A stretch of 64,000 bases of DNA, from NCBI GenBank assembly GCA_035276475.1, contig DATELQ010000004.1, positions 12,154 through 76,153 on the forward strand, in the 5' to 3' direction. The stretch's first letter is position 1; each line of letters starts with the position of its first letter. This document shows positions 9,201 through 18,126 of the stretch, one piece after another. The notes beneath the pieces are model-generated. The model was not told where the DNA came from, ran no database searches, and saw nothing but the letters and a program-made list of their open reading frames with translations. A program made the translations under genes and the position numbers. The DNA comes from Thermoanaerobaculia bacterium. GTDB taxonomy: Bacteria; Acidobacteriota; Thermoanaerobaculia; Gp7-AA8.

Positions 9201-10395
9201 CGCCGCCGGACGACGCGCTCTTGTCGAGAAGCTCGCGCCCCTTGGCCTCCTCTTTCAAGTACGCGTCCCAGAACGCCAGCGAGAGGACGCGGATCTCGTT
9301 GAACGCGTTGCGGCCGATCTGGGGGTTCACCGGGCCGTTCGTCCTCCGTGTCGGCTCGTACACCGGATACGGCTCGGGATTGCGCGGATCACCGGGGGGA
9401 TAGGGGTTCGCCTGCGGGAGCGGCATCGACGACGTCTGCGGGATCTCGGACGGGATGTACGTGCCGGCGAACGTCGAGTGCCGCGCGCCAGCCAGCAGGA
9501 CGAAGTACTTGTCGCCCGCCGCCGCGTTCGTGAACGCTGTCTTGCGCCACTGCGCGTCTTCGTTCGGCGCGGCGCCGCGGTCTTCGCTGCCGGACATGAA
9601 CATCGCCGGGATGCGGATGCCGGCGAACGACTGCGTGTTGAGCCCGAGGCTCGCCGTGACGCCCGGCGGCGACATGGCGATGATGGCCTTCACGCGCGGG
9701 TCGCCCAAGGTCAGCGGCGGGTTGCCGGACGTCGTCGCGCCACCGACGAGCATCGCCGTCAGCGCGCCTAGGGAGTGCCCGGCCACGCCGATCTTCGCGT
9801 GGTCGAATTTTCCCTTCAGCTCGGGGAAGCGCTGCTCGAGTCCGTCGAGGCGGTCGATGATCAGCGTGACGTCGCGCACGCGGTCGGTCCACTGCGGCTC
9901 GCGCTGCGACTCCCACTCGGCTGCCCGTGCGCGGCGCTCCCCCTCCTCGCGCTCCGCGGCGGCCTTCTCCATCTCCTCTTTCGTGGGACGGCGGCGCCGC
10001 TCGCGCTCCTGGTTCGCCGGCTCGCCGAAGATCGCGCGCGCCGCGTCGACCGTTTTGCCGGCGTCGGCGTGGCGCGGCCGGATGACCGCGTAGCCGTTCC
10101 GCGTCCAGTACGACACGAGCTGCTCGTAGCCCTGCTCCGAGGAGCCGTAGCCGTGCGAGAAGATGATCAGCGGGTACGGGCCGCCCTTGATCGGATATTG
10201 GATCGAGATGGTGACGTCGCGGTTGCGCTGCGCGTCGTGAAGGACGGCCGCGGGGACGACGCCGACGGCCTCGGTGCCGCCCGACGAGCTGTAGCCGGTG
10301 CTCTTGTCGGCGACGGCGGAGGACGAGGCGTTCGGCGGATTACCCGAGGAACAGGCGATGACCAGCAGCGCCGCAAGGAAGGAAAGGCGTTTCAT
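9181..10395 (-). CDS. alpha/beta hydrolase lipoprotein (dienelactone hydrolase/PAF-acetylhydrolase-like) with charged insert
   Basis: Lipobox 'VIACSS'; nucleophile elbow 'GHSLGA'; ~50-aa Glu/Arg-rich insert. Confidence 0.75.
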   Translation of the reverse strand: MKRLSFLAALLVIACSSGNPPNASSSAVADKSTGYSSSGGTEAVGVVPAAVLHDAQRNRDVTISIQYPIKGGPYPLIIFSHGYGSSEQGYEQLVSYWTRNGYAVIRPRHADAGKTVDAARAIFGEPANQERERRRRPTKEEMEKAAAEREEGERRARAAEWESQREPQWTDRVRDVTLIIDRLDGLEQRFPELKGKFDHAKIGVAGHSLGALTAMLVGGATTSGNPPLTLGDPRVKAIIAMSPPGVTASLGLNTQSFAGIRIPAMFMSGSEDRGAAPNEDAQWRKTAFTNAAAGDKYFVLLAGARHSTFAGTYIPSEIPQTSSMPLPQANPYPPGDPRNPEPYPVYEPTRRTNGPVNPQIGRNAFNEIRVLSLAFWDAYLKEEAKGRELLDKSASSGGVTIDKR

Positions 10396-10418
10396 GCATT
10401 GACTCCTGGCGAAACAAT

Positions 10419-11960
10419 ATGCAAAACCCGCCGCGCCCGCCCGCGTACTTCGAGGCCATGCGACGAAACTCCAACATTCTCCTCGGCGCGATGGCCGCGG
10501 CGACGGCGGCGATGCACCTCGTCTGCATCAACCAGTACGGCATTTTCCGCGACGAGCTCTACTACCTCGCCTGCGGCGAGCACCTCGACTGGGGCTACGT
10601 CGACCAGCCGCCGCTCGTCGGCGTCATCGCCTGGATCGCCCGGCACCTCGGCACGTCGCTCCTGGCGGTGCGGATCATTCCGGTGCTCGCAGCCGCGGCG
10701 CTCGTCGCGCTCAACGGCGCGATGGCCCGGCGCCTCGGCGGCGGCCTCTTCGCGCAGTTCCTCGCCTGCCTCACCGCGCTCATCGCACCGATCTACATCG
10801 CCCTCGGGCACTTCCTCTCGATGAATATCTTCGAGCCGCTCTTCTGGACGGGGATGGCGTACGTGGCCATCGCGATCTTTCAGGGCGGCTCGGAGAAGCT
10901 CTGGGTCCTCTTCGGCCCCCTCGCCGGCCTCGGGATGGAGAACAAGCACGCCACGCTCTTCTTCGGCTCGTCGTTCGTGCTGGCGATGCTCTTGACGCGC
11001 GAGCGGCGGCACTTCGCGCGGCCGTGGATCTGGCTCGGCGGCGTTGTCGCGGCGATTGTCTTCGCGCCAAACGCGCTGTGGGAGGTGCGCCACCACTTCC
11101 CGACGCTGGAGCTGTTGCAAAACATCGCTCACAGCCACAAGAACGCGCCAGTGAATCTCTGGAGCTTCACGGCCGGGCAGTTGCTGCTGCTCCATCCGAT
11201 CAACGCCATTGTCTGGATCGCCGGCCTGGTGTGGCTTCTCCGTCGTGCTGAATATCGAGTGCTGGCTCTGACGTGGATCATCTGCTTCGTCGAGTTCGTG
11301 GTGATGAAGGGGAAGATCTACTACCTCGCGCCGGCGTATCCGATGCTCCTCGCCGCCGGCAGCGTGGCGATCGAGTCGTGGACGGCAGCGCGTGCGCGCG
11401 TGTGGCGCGTCGCCGCCGTGGCCATCGTCATCATCACCGGCGCCGCGATCGCGCCGCTGACGCTGCCGATTCTCCCGGTCGAGACGTACATCGCGTATCA
11501 GAAGGCGGTGCACTTCGAGCCGCCGCAGACGGAGAACCATCGCTTCGGCCCGCTGCCCCAGCAGTACGCCGACATGTTCGGCTGGCCGGAGATGGTGGCG
11601 ACGGTGGCGCGGGTCTACGACACGCTGCCGGCCGGCGACCGCGCGCGCTGCATGATCTTCGGTCAGAACTACGGCGAGGCCGGCGCGATCGACTGGTTCG
11701 GCGCGCGCTATGGCCTGCCGAAGGCGGTGAGCGCGCACCAGAACTATTTCTACTGGGGCCCGCGCAATTACGACGGCTCGGTGGCGATCGTGCTCAACGA
11801 CGACCGCGAGACGCTGTTGACGATCTTCAATCACGTCGAGCTGGCCGCGCACGTGCAGCACCCGTATTCGATGCCGTACGAGCACTTCGACATCTGGATC
11901 TGCCGCGACCCGAAGGTGAATTTCCAGGAGCTGTATCCGAAGATCAAGAAGTGGATCTGA
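10419..11960 (+). CDS. GT39/ArnT-like membrane glycosyltransferase (second copy)
   Basis: 'RDELYYLACGEHLDWGYVDQPPL' N-terminal loop typical of GT39/ArnT family; many TM helices. Confidence 0.8.
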   Translation: MQNPPRPPAYFEAMRRNSNILLGAMAAATAAMHLVCINQYGIFRDELYYLACGEHLDWGYVDQPPLVGVIAWIARHLGTSLLAVRIIPVLAAAALVALNGAMARRLGGGLFAQFLACLTALIAPIYIALGHFLSMNIFEPLFWTGMAYVAIAIFQGGSEKLWVLFGPLAGLGMENKHATLFFGSSFVLAMLLTRERRHFARPWIWLGGVVAAIVFAPNALWEVRHHFPTLELLQNIAHSHKNAPVNLWSFTAGQLLLLHPINAIVWIAGLVWLLRRAEYRVLALTWIICFVEFVVMKGKIYYLAPAYPMLLAAGSVAIESWTAARARVWRVAAVAIVIITGAAIAPLTLPILPVETYIAYQKAVHFEPPQTENHRFGPLPQQYADMFGWPEMVATVARVYDTLPAGDRARCMIFGQNYGEAGAIDWFGARYGLPKAVSAHQNYFYWGPRNYDGSVAIVLNDDRETLLTIFNHVELAAHVQHPYSMPYEHFDIWICRDPKVNFQELYPKIKKWI

Positions 11961-11994
11961 GGGCGGCGGCGGGTGCGGCTGCTAAAATGCTGAC

Positions 11995-12231
11995 GTGACG
12001 AAAGCAACCGTCGAGCAGGTCGAAAGCGATGCGGCCGAGTACCTCCACCGCGTCATCGAGGGCGAGACGGTCATCATCTACGAGGGCGAGCGTCCGGTCG
12101 CCGAGATCCGTCCTGTGACGGAGACGAAGACGCTCCGCCCTGTCGGCCTGGCCGCCGGCGAGTTCGTTGTCCCAGACGACTTCGAAGATCCGCTGCCGGA
12201 CGATCTGCTCGACGCGTTCGAGGGTCGATGA
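11995..12231 (+). CDS. type II antitoxin (Phd/YefM-like, VapB partner)
   Basis: 78-aa acidic protein directly upstream of a PIN gene with ATGA overlap. Confidence 0.7.
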   Translation: MTKATVEQVESDAAEYLHRVIEGETVIIYEGERPVAEIRPVTETKTLRPVGLAAGEFVVPDDFEDPLPDDLLDAFEGR

Positions 12232-12617
12232 GGCTCCTCCTCGATACGCAAGCGTTCCTCTGGTACATCACGAGCGATCCGAAACTTCCGCAATACGCGT
12301 CCGATGCGATCCGCAATAAGTCGAATGCGGTGTATCTCAGCGTCGTCTCGGTGTGGGAAGCACTTGTGAAATTCCAGATCGGGAAGCTTCCCCTTCCAAG
12401 TCCGCCAGACGAATACCTCAGCTCCCGCAGACTTGCGCATCGCATTGAGAACCTCGATTTGGAGCTCGGCGCGCTGTCACAGCTTCTTTCGCTGCCTCCG
12501 CACCATCGCGATCCATTCGACCGAATGCTCATTTGCCAGGCGCGACACCACGAGTTGACGTTCGTCACAACCGACGAACTCCTGCCCATCTACCCCGTCG
12601 CAATCCTCCGACCCTGA
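12228..12617 (+). CDS. vapC: PIN-domain toxin VapC
   Basis: 'MRLLLDTQAFLWY' N-terminal Asp, conserved acidic residues 'VWEALVK','DPFDRMLI' of the PIN fold. Confidence 0.8.
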   Translation: MRLLLDTQAFLWYITSDPKLPQYASDAIRNKSNAVYLSVVSVWEALVKFQIGKLPLPSPPDEYLSSRRLAHRIENLDLELGALSQLLSLPPHHRDPFDRMLICQARHHELTFVTTDELLPIYPVAILRP

Positions 12618-12638
12618 CGCCGCTCTTACAATGTTGAC

Positions 12639-13184
12639 GTGGACGAAATCCAAGTCGAGGCAGCCGATTTCGGCATTCGCTTCGTCGCGCGCCTCGTCGA
12701 CTATCTTCCCGTGATCCTCGCCGGTGGGTTGAGCCTCGCCATCGCCTCGGCCGTGGCCACGGGTCCGGTGCCGGCAGAAAACGACGACAGCTTGGTGATC
12801 CGCATCGGCTTTCTCGTCGCCACGATCCTCTACCACGCGTTCAGCGAGTCCATCGGCGGCGCCAGTCTCGGCAAGCGGCTCTTCGGCCTCGAAGTCGTCA
12901 GCGAAGACCTCCGCCCCGCTACGCTTCTGCAGGGGTGGAAGCGCAGCCTGGCCTTCGTCGTCGACGGCTTCTTCTTCGGCCTTGTCGGCTACAACGCCAT
13001 GAAGAAGTCGCCCATCCGCCAGCGCATCGGCGACGGCTGGGCGAAGACACGCGTCGTCCTGCGCCGCTCGCTGCCGCCGGCATTGCGGCGCCCCACATCC
13101 ATCTTCGTCTTCTCACTGTTCGGCGCCCTCGGCATTGCGGCCGAGGGATTCGCGCTCGTACAGCTTTGCGCCACCTGGTTCTGA
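12639..13184 (+). CDS. RDD family membrane protein
   Basis: GTG start; 'RFVARLVD' and 'KRSLAFVVDGFFFG' RDD-like segments with TM helices. Confidence 0.65.
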   Translation: MDEIQVEAADFGIRFVARLVDYLPVILAGGLSLAIASAVATGPVPAENDDSLVIRIGFLVATILYHAFSESIGGASLGKRLFGLEVVSEDLRPATLLQGWKRSLAFVVDGFFFGLVGYNAMKKSPIRQRIGDGWAKTRVVLRRSLPPALRRPTSIFVFSLFGALGIAAEGFALVQLCATWF

Positions 13185-15292
13185 TGCCCGAGAAAGTCCG
13201 CAAATACACCCTCAAGGCGCCGGCGAAGGCGCAGAAGCAGTACCGCGTCCGCTACGAGGATGAGCTCAATGCCGAGCAGCTCGAAGTCGTCATGGCCGGC
13301 GAGGGGCCGATGCTCGTCATCGCCGGCGCCGGCAGCGGCAAGACCCGCGCGCTCACTTACCGCGTCTCGCGCCTCATCGAAGACGGCGTCGACCCCTCCG
13401 AAATCCTCCTCGTCACCTTCACCAACAAAGCCGCGCGGGAGATGCTCAGCCGCGTCGAGCAGCTCGTCACCATCGACACGCGCCGCATCTGGGGCGGTAC
13501 CTTTCACTCGATTGGCAACCGGCTGCTGCGGCGCTACGCCGAGCCGATCGGCTATCGCAGCAACTTCTCCATCCTCGACGACGAAGACGCCAAGGAGATG
13601 ATGGAGTCGGCCGTCTCCTCGCTCGGCATCAAGACGCTGGAGAAACGCTTCCCGAAGGGCGACGTCCTCCTCGACATCTACTCGTTTCTCATCAACACGC
13701 GCACGCCCTTGGAGCTCCATCTCGAGCAGAACTACCCTCATTTCGCGCTCTACCAGGAGGAGATGGTCAACGTCTTCCGCCGCTACAAGGAGCGCAAGCG
13801 CGAAGCGAACGCGATGGACTTCGACGACCTCCTCGTCAACTGGAAGCTCCTCCTCGACGAGCGCGACGAGATCGCCGAGCCGCTCAAGCGAAGGTTCCGC
13901 TTCATCCTCGTCGACGAGTACCAGGACACGAACAAGCTCCAGGCCGACGTCGTCGACTCCATGGCCTCGGTGCGCCGCAACGTCATGGTCGTCGGCGACG
14001 ACGCGCAGTCGATCTACTCCTTCCGCGGCGCGTCGTTCGAGAACATCCTCACCTTCCCGCTGCGCTTCCCCGACGCGACGGTCCACAAGCTCGAGACGAA
14101 CTACCGCTCCACGCGGCAGATCCTGACGCTGGCGAACCGCTCCATCGAACACAACCGCTACCAGTTCCGCAAAGAGCTGCAAGCCGTACGCGGCGACGGG
14201 CCGGAGCCGGCGGTCGTCGGCGTCGACGACGTCTTCGAGCAGGCCGCGTTCGTGGCGCAGCGCATCCTGGAGCTGCGCGACGAGGGGGAACACCTCGACG
14301 AGATCGCCGTGCTGTACCGCTCGCACTACCAGTCGCTGGAGTTGCAGATGGAGCTGTCGCGGCGGCTGATCCCGTACGAGATCCGCTCCGGCGTCCGCTT
14401 CTTCGAGCAGGCGCACATCAAGGACGTGATCGCGTACCTCAAGATCATGACCAACCCGCGCGACGAGCTGTCGTGGAAGCGCGTGCTGAAGCTCTATCCG
14501 AAGATCGGCGAGAAGACGGCGGCGGAGGCGTGGGGGAAGATCGGCCAGGCCGCCGATCCGCTGCAACGCTTTCTGCACGCGGTCGAGATCAGCGGCCGCG
14601 GGGCGATGCAGTCGCTCGAATCGCTGCGCCAGGTGATGCGGCTCCTTGCCGGCGAGTCGATGAAGCACAACCCCTCGGAGTCGATCCGCCTCGTGGTCGA
14701 GCGCGGCTACGCCGACTACGCGCGCGCCAAGTTTCCGAACGCGCAGGCGCGCCTCGACGATCTCGAGCAGCTCTCGCAGTACGCGCTGCGCTACGACGAC
14801 GTGAACGCCTTCCTCGAAGAGGTGGCGCTGGCGAATCCGCTCGCCGGCGAGGACGTCGCGGTCGTCGGTCCCGAGGATGAGAAGGTCGTGCTGTCGTCGG
14901 TGCACCAGGCGAAGGGGCTGGAGTGGCGCGCCGTCTTTGTCATCTGGCTCGCCGACGGGCGCTTCCCGTCGCAGCGTGCCCTGCGCGTGCCGGGCGGGAT
15001 CGTGCGGGTGCAGCCGTCGCGCGTGCACGAGGCGCTGCCGCTGCTCGAAGGGGCGATCGACGACGCGCCGGTCGTCGCCGACGACGGCACGCGCGAGATC
15101 GTCATCCCCGGCGAGGAGGAGGAGCGGCGGCTCTTCTACGTCGCCGTGACGCGCGCGAAGCAGGAGCTCTACCTCGTCTTTCCGGTGATGGCCCGCGACC
15201 GCGCCGGCATGGACGTGCTGATGGAGCCGTCGCGCTTCGTGCGCGAGCTCCCCGGCGAGGTGTACGAGAAATGGGTGATCGGCAATGAGTGA
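13184..15292 (+). CDS. UvrD/PcrA/Rep-family ATP-dependent DNA helicase
   Basis: Walker A 'AGAGSGKT', 'ILLVTFTNKAAREM', 'VDEYQDTN', 'TNYRST', 'VHQAKGLEW', 'YVAVTRA'; ATGA overlap with upstream gene; internal start chosen inside ORF 12935..15292. Confidence 0.9.
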   Translation: MPEKVRKYTLKAPAKAQKQYRVRYEDELNAEQLEVVMAGEGPMLVIAGAGSGKTRALTYRVSRLIEDGVDPSEILLVTFTNKAAREMLSRVEQLVTIDTRRIWGGTFHSIGNRLLRRYAEPIGYRSNFSILDDEDAKEMMESAVSSLGIKTLEKRFPKGDVLLDIYSFLINTRTPLELHLEQNYPHFALYQEEMVNVFRRYKERKREANAMDFDDLLVNWKLLLDERDEIAEPLKRRFRFILVDEYQDTNKLQADVVDSMASVRRNVMVVGDDAQSIYSFRGASFENILTFPLRFPDATVHKLETNYRSTRQILTLANRSIEHNRYQFRKELQAVRGDGPEPAVVGVDDVFEQAAFVAQRILELRDEGEHLDEIAVLYRSHYQSLELQMELSRRLIPYEIRSGVRFFEQAHIKDVIAYLKIMTNPRDELSWKRVLKLYPKIGEKTAAEAWGKIGQAADPLQRFLHAVEISGRGAMQSLESLRQVMRLLAGESMKHNPSESIRLVVERGYADYARAKFPNAQARLDDLEQLSQYALRYDDVNAFLEEVALANPLAGEDVAVVGPEDEKVVLSSVHQAKGLEWRAVFVIWLADGRFPSQRALRVPGGIVRVQPSRVHEALPLLEGAIDDAPVVADDGTREIVIPGEEEERRLFYVAVTRAKQELYLVFPVMARDRAGMDVLMEPSRFVRELPGEVYEKWVIGNE

Positions 15293-16208
15293 CGTGCTGT
15301 TCCTGAGCCGCAGCGACGTGGCGTCGCTGCTCGACCTCGACGACTGCATCGCCGCCGTGGAGCGCGCCTTCGCGATGCTCGGCCGCGGCGAGCTGCCGCC
15401 GCCGGCCATCGCCGGCGTGCACGCAACGGGCGGCGGGTTTCACATCAAGGCGGCCATCGCCGGCGGCCGCTTCGCCGCGAAGATCAACGCGAATTTCTTC
15501 GAGGCCGTGCCGCGGATCAAAGGCGTGGTCATGCTCGCCGATGCGACGGACGGCACGCCGCTCGCGATCATGGACTCGATCGAGATCACGATCCTGCGCA
15601 CTGGCGCGGCGACGGCGGTGGCGGCGAAGTACCTCGCTCGCGACGACGCGCGCACGGCGCTGATCTGCGGCTGCGGATTGCAGGGCCGGATTCAGGCGAA
15701 GGCGCTGGCGCGCGTGCGGCCGATCGAACGGTTCTTCGCCCTCGACGCCGACCGCAGCCGCGCCGAGGCCTTCGCGCGCGAAACCGGCGCGACGGTGGTC
15801 GAGGAGGTCGTGCCGGCCGACGTCGTCGTCACCTGCACGCCGTCGCGCGCGCCGTTTCTCGCGCACGTCGCGCCCGGGACGTTCGTCGCCGCCGTCGGCG
15901 CCGACAGCGAGGAGAAGTCCGAGGTGGCGCCCGCGCTCCTCGCGGCGAGCAAGGTCGTGACGGACGTGACGGAGCAGTGCGCGACGATCGGCGATCTTCA
16001 CCACGCTCTCGCCGCCGGCGCGATGACGCGCGACGGCGTGCACGCGGAGCTCGGCGAGATCGTCGCCGGCCGCAAGCCCGGCCGCGAGCGCGCGGATGAG
16101 GTGATCGTGTTCGACTCGACGGGGATGGCGCTGCAGGATGTCGCCGCGGCGTCGATTGTTTATGACCGCGCAGTGGAGCGCGGGGTGGGCGTGCGCATCG
16201 CAATCTAG
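15285..16208 (+). CDS. ornithine cyclodeaminase/mu-crystallin family protein
   Basis: 'ICGCGLQG' NAD-binding motif and overall OCD_Mu_crystall architecture. Confidence 0.85.
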   Translation: MSDVLFLSRSDVASLLDLDDCIAAVERAFAMLGRGELPPPAIAGVHATGGGFHIKAAIAGGRFAAKINANFFEAVPRIKGVVMLADATDGTPLAIMDSIEITILRTGAATAVAAKYLARDDARTALICGCGLQGRIQAKALARVRPIERFFALDADRSRAEAFARETGATVVEEVVPADVVVTCTPSRAPFLAHVAPGTFVAAVGADSEEKSEVAPALLAASKVVTDVTEQCATIGDLHHALAAGAMTRDGVHAELGEIVAGRKPGRERADEVIVFDSTGMALQDVAAASIVYDRAVERGVGVRIAI

Positions 16209-16300
16209 CCGCACCGGCCTGCGCACCGAACGCACAGATTTGTAATGACTTACGGGTAGGGGTGTTCCCTTCTCAATCACTCCTTAGCGGTGAGGGCCGG

Positions 16301-16324
16301 CCCTCCAAAAGAAAACTTGGAGGG
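16301..16324 (+). promoter_or_regulatory. 8-bp-stem hairpin (ccctccaa..ttggaggg) that includes the GGAGGG Shine-Dalgarno of the small ORF at 16328
   Basis: Perfect inverted repeat read directly from sequence; the 3' arm contains the only SD-like element 4-9 nt upstream of the ATG. Confidence 0.5.
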
Positions 16325-16327
16325 TTT

Positions 16328-16498
16328 ATGAAGAAGATCTCTGTAGTTGCTCTGCTCCTCGTCTCCCTTTCGATGCCGGCGATGGCCGCGCCGCGCGGCG
16401 ACGACTCGCCCGTGCGCGGAAACCCGATTATGCGCGCCGTAAAGCACATCGTCTCGGTTGTCTTCGACGACTGGGACCTCACTTGGCCGAAGCCGTAG
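16328..16498 (+). CDS. small secreted protein (56 aa precursor, ~36 aa mature)
   Basis: MKKISVVALLLVSLSMPAMA signal peptide; SD GGAGGG upstream; internal start inside ORF 16262..16498. Confidence 0.45.
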   Translation: MKKISVVALLLVSLSMPAMAAPRGDDSPVRGNPIMRAVKHIVSVVFDDWDLTWPKP

Positions 16499-16505
16499 TT
16501 CGTCG

Positions 16506-16533
16506 GGAGGACAGGCATGAGTGCCTGTCCTCC
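16506..16533. terminator. bidirectional intrinsic terminator hairpin (12-bp perfect stem ggaggacaggca/tgcctgtcctcc, loop tgag)
   Basis: Lies between convergent stops of the small ORF (16498) and the TPR-like gene (16535). Confidence 0.6.
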
Positions 16534-16534
16534 A

Positions 16535-17554
16535 TCACGCCTCCATCGGCAGGCGTTCCAGGTAAGCGCGAACGCGCTGAACATCCTGCCCCGTCGCATG
16601 TCCGGCCAGATGGCGCAGGTCCGCGAAGGCATTGGCGATGCTCTGCGGCATCTCGTCCGTGCAGAGCAGCGCGATCTCCGAGGTGCGGCCGACGTCGAGA
16701 AGCAGCTCGATGATATCGACTGCGACCAGTGCGGCGAGCACCGGCAGGTTCATCGCCAGAAACTCCGAGCGCGCTTTGTACAGCTCTGAGATCGCCTCGT
16801 GAACGCGGCTATGTTCGAGCAGGATTTCGGCGATTCCTTTGCGCACGCGCGGCATCTCGGCGCGCAGGCCGAGTTGCTCGAACATCTGCAGCGCAGTCTC
16901 GAAGCACTGTTGGGCGCGCTCGACGTCGCCGAGCTTCACGGCGCAGCGGCCGATGAGGTTTACGACGTGAGCGAGCGTCTCGGGATCGTAGTCATCCACC
17001 ATCGACGCGTACGTGTCGGCGGCTTCTCGATATCGGCAGAGACCGAACAACACCGTGGCGTAGATGGAGCGGACGCGCACGTATGTTTTTTTGTCGTTGA
17101 GGCGCAGGAGCGTGCGCGCGCTCGCGTCGATCCGTTGCAACGCGCGGATGGAGTCACCAAGCATGTGCAGGATTTTTCCTTCCACCGCCCAGAGCACCGC
17201 CTCGTTGTGCTCCGCATCGCTGACCACCTGATACACCAGCCGCGCGCGCTCCACGGCGATATGCGCGTCCTCGTAGTCGCCGACCTCCAGGAGCGCCGCG
17301 GCGTACTCGCGCCAGGCGTCGCCTTCGTCGATCAGCGCCTCCCCTTCCCTCGCCAGGCGGATGGCCAGGCGCGAGATCCACACGGCGCGGTTCGGGTCGC
17401 GGCTCAGCGCGTCGTGGGCGAGCGCGATCAGGCGTCGCGTCGTCGCGCTATCGCACGCCGTCGCCGCCCACGCCGGCGATTCCGCGAGCCGCTGCACCGT
17501 CTCCTCGGCTGCGTCATCGCCGTCGAGCCAGCGGCGGATCGCGTCGCTCGTCAT
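16535..17554 (-). CDS. alpha-helical TPR-like protein, unknown function
   Basis: 339 aa, repetitive helical hairpin pattern; ATGA translational coupling with upstream XRE gene. Confidence 0.6.
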   Translation of the reverse strand: MTSDAIRRWLDGDDAAEETVQRLAESPAWAATACDSATTRRLIALAHDALSRDPNRAVWISRLAIRLAREGEALIDEGDAWREYAAALLEVGDYEDAHIAVERARLVYQVVSDAEHNEAVLWAVEGKILHMLGDSIRALQRIDASARTLLRLNDKKTYVRVRSIYATVLFGLCRYREAADTYASMVDDYDPETLAHVVNLIGRCAVKLGDVERAQQCFETALQMFEQLGLRAEMPRVRKGIAEILLEHSRVHEAISELYKARSEFLAMNLPVLAALVAVDIIELLLDVGRTSEIALLCTDEMPQSIANAFADLRHLAGHATGQDVQRVRAYLERLPMEA

Positions 17555-18072
17555 CGCGTCGACTTCCGCCGCGCCGTGTGCGCCTCACTGCGCGCGGCGG
17601 TGTCGGAGCGGAGCGCCTCGTCGAGCGCGCGCTCGAATGCCGCCAGCTCCGCCGGATCGTTGATCTGGTGCACGCGCGCGGCGAAGTCGCAGACCAGCGC
17701 GGCCGCCTTCGCGTTCACGGTCGTCGGCGGCGCCGCCGGCTTCGAATACATCCGCAGCGACGTCGCCGCGGCGGAGATCGTCTCGACGCCGTGGTCGAGC
17801 TGGTCCGCGACGGCGACGAGCACCGCGGCGTCGACGCCGGCCAGCTCGCCCGTGACGGTGGTGAGCTCGCCGATCGGCACGCTCTCCGCGCGCAGAGCTC
17901 GCATCAACTTCTTGAGGATCAGGATCGTAATGTTGCCGCCGCCCAAGGCGACGGAGACGTGGCGGCGGCTCACGCCGGCGATGCGCGCCAGGCGCGATTG
18001 CGATACGCCGCGCTTCTCTTTCAGCTCCTTGAGCGCGGCGCCAAGCTCCGGATGCTGCGGCGGCGCTTTCAT
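17551..18072 (-). CDS. XRE-family helix-turn-helix transcriptional regulator
   Basis: 'LKELKEKRGVSQSRLARIAGVSRRHVSVAL' HTH_XRE signature. Confidence 0.75.
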   Translation of the reverse strand: MKAPPQHPELGAALKELKEKRGVSQSRLARIAGVSRRHVSVALGGGNITILILKKLMRALRAESVPIGELTTVTGELAGVDAAVLVAVADQLDHGVETISAAATSLRMYSKPAAPPTTVNAKAAALVCDFAARVHQINDPAELAAFERALDEALRSDTAARSEAHTARRKSTR

Positions 18073-18126
18073 TCCGGAGATGCAGTATACCGCATCGACG
18101 CAGTTGTGCTACATTATGCGCCGGTG

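Noticed and set aside
10392-11885. 497-aa minus-strand ORF
   Set aside because: Antisense to the second GT39-like gene.
12989-15409. 806-aa minus-strand ORF
   Set aside because: Antisense to the UvrD-family helicase. Arg/Asp/Ala-rich low-complexity translation typical of the wrong frame in high-GC DNA, with no motifs.
16208-16327. tRNA or other structured RNA in the 120-nt gap after the ornithine cyclodeaminase gene
   Set aside because: No cloverleaf-compatible T-loop (GTTCGAATC-like) or acceptor-stem pairing found. The only strong structure is the SD-containing hairpin reported separately.
17578-18126. 5' extension of the ORF 17578..18615 (345 aa)
   Set aside because: The upstream part is antisense to the XRE gene and is Arg/Gly-rich. 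The in-frame ATG at 18127 leaves a sensible divergent intergenic region.
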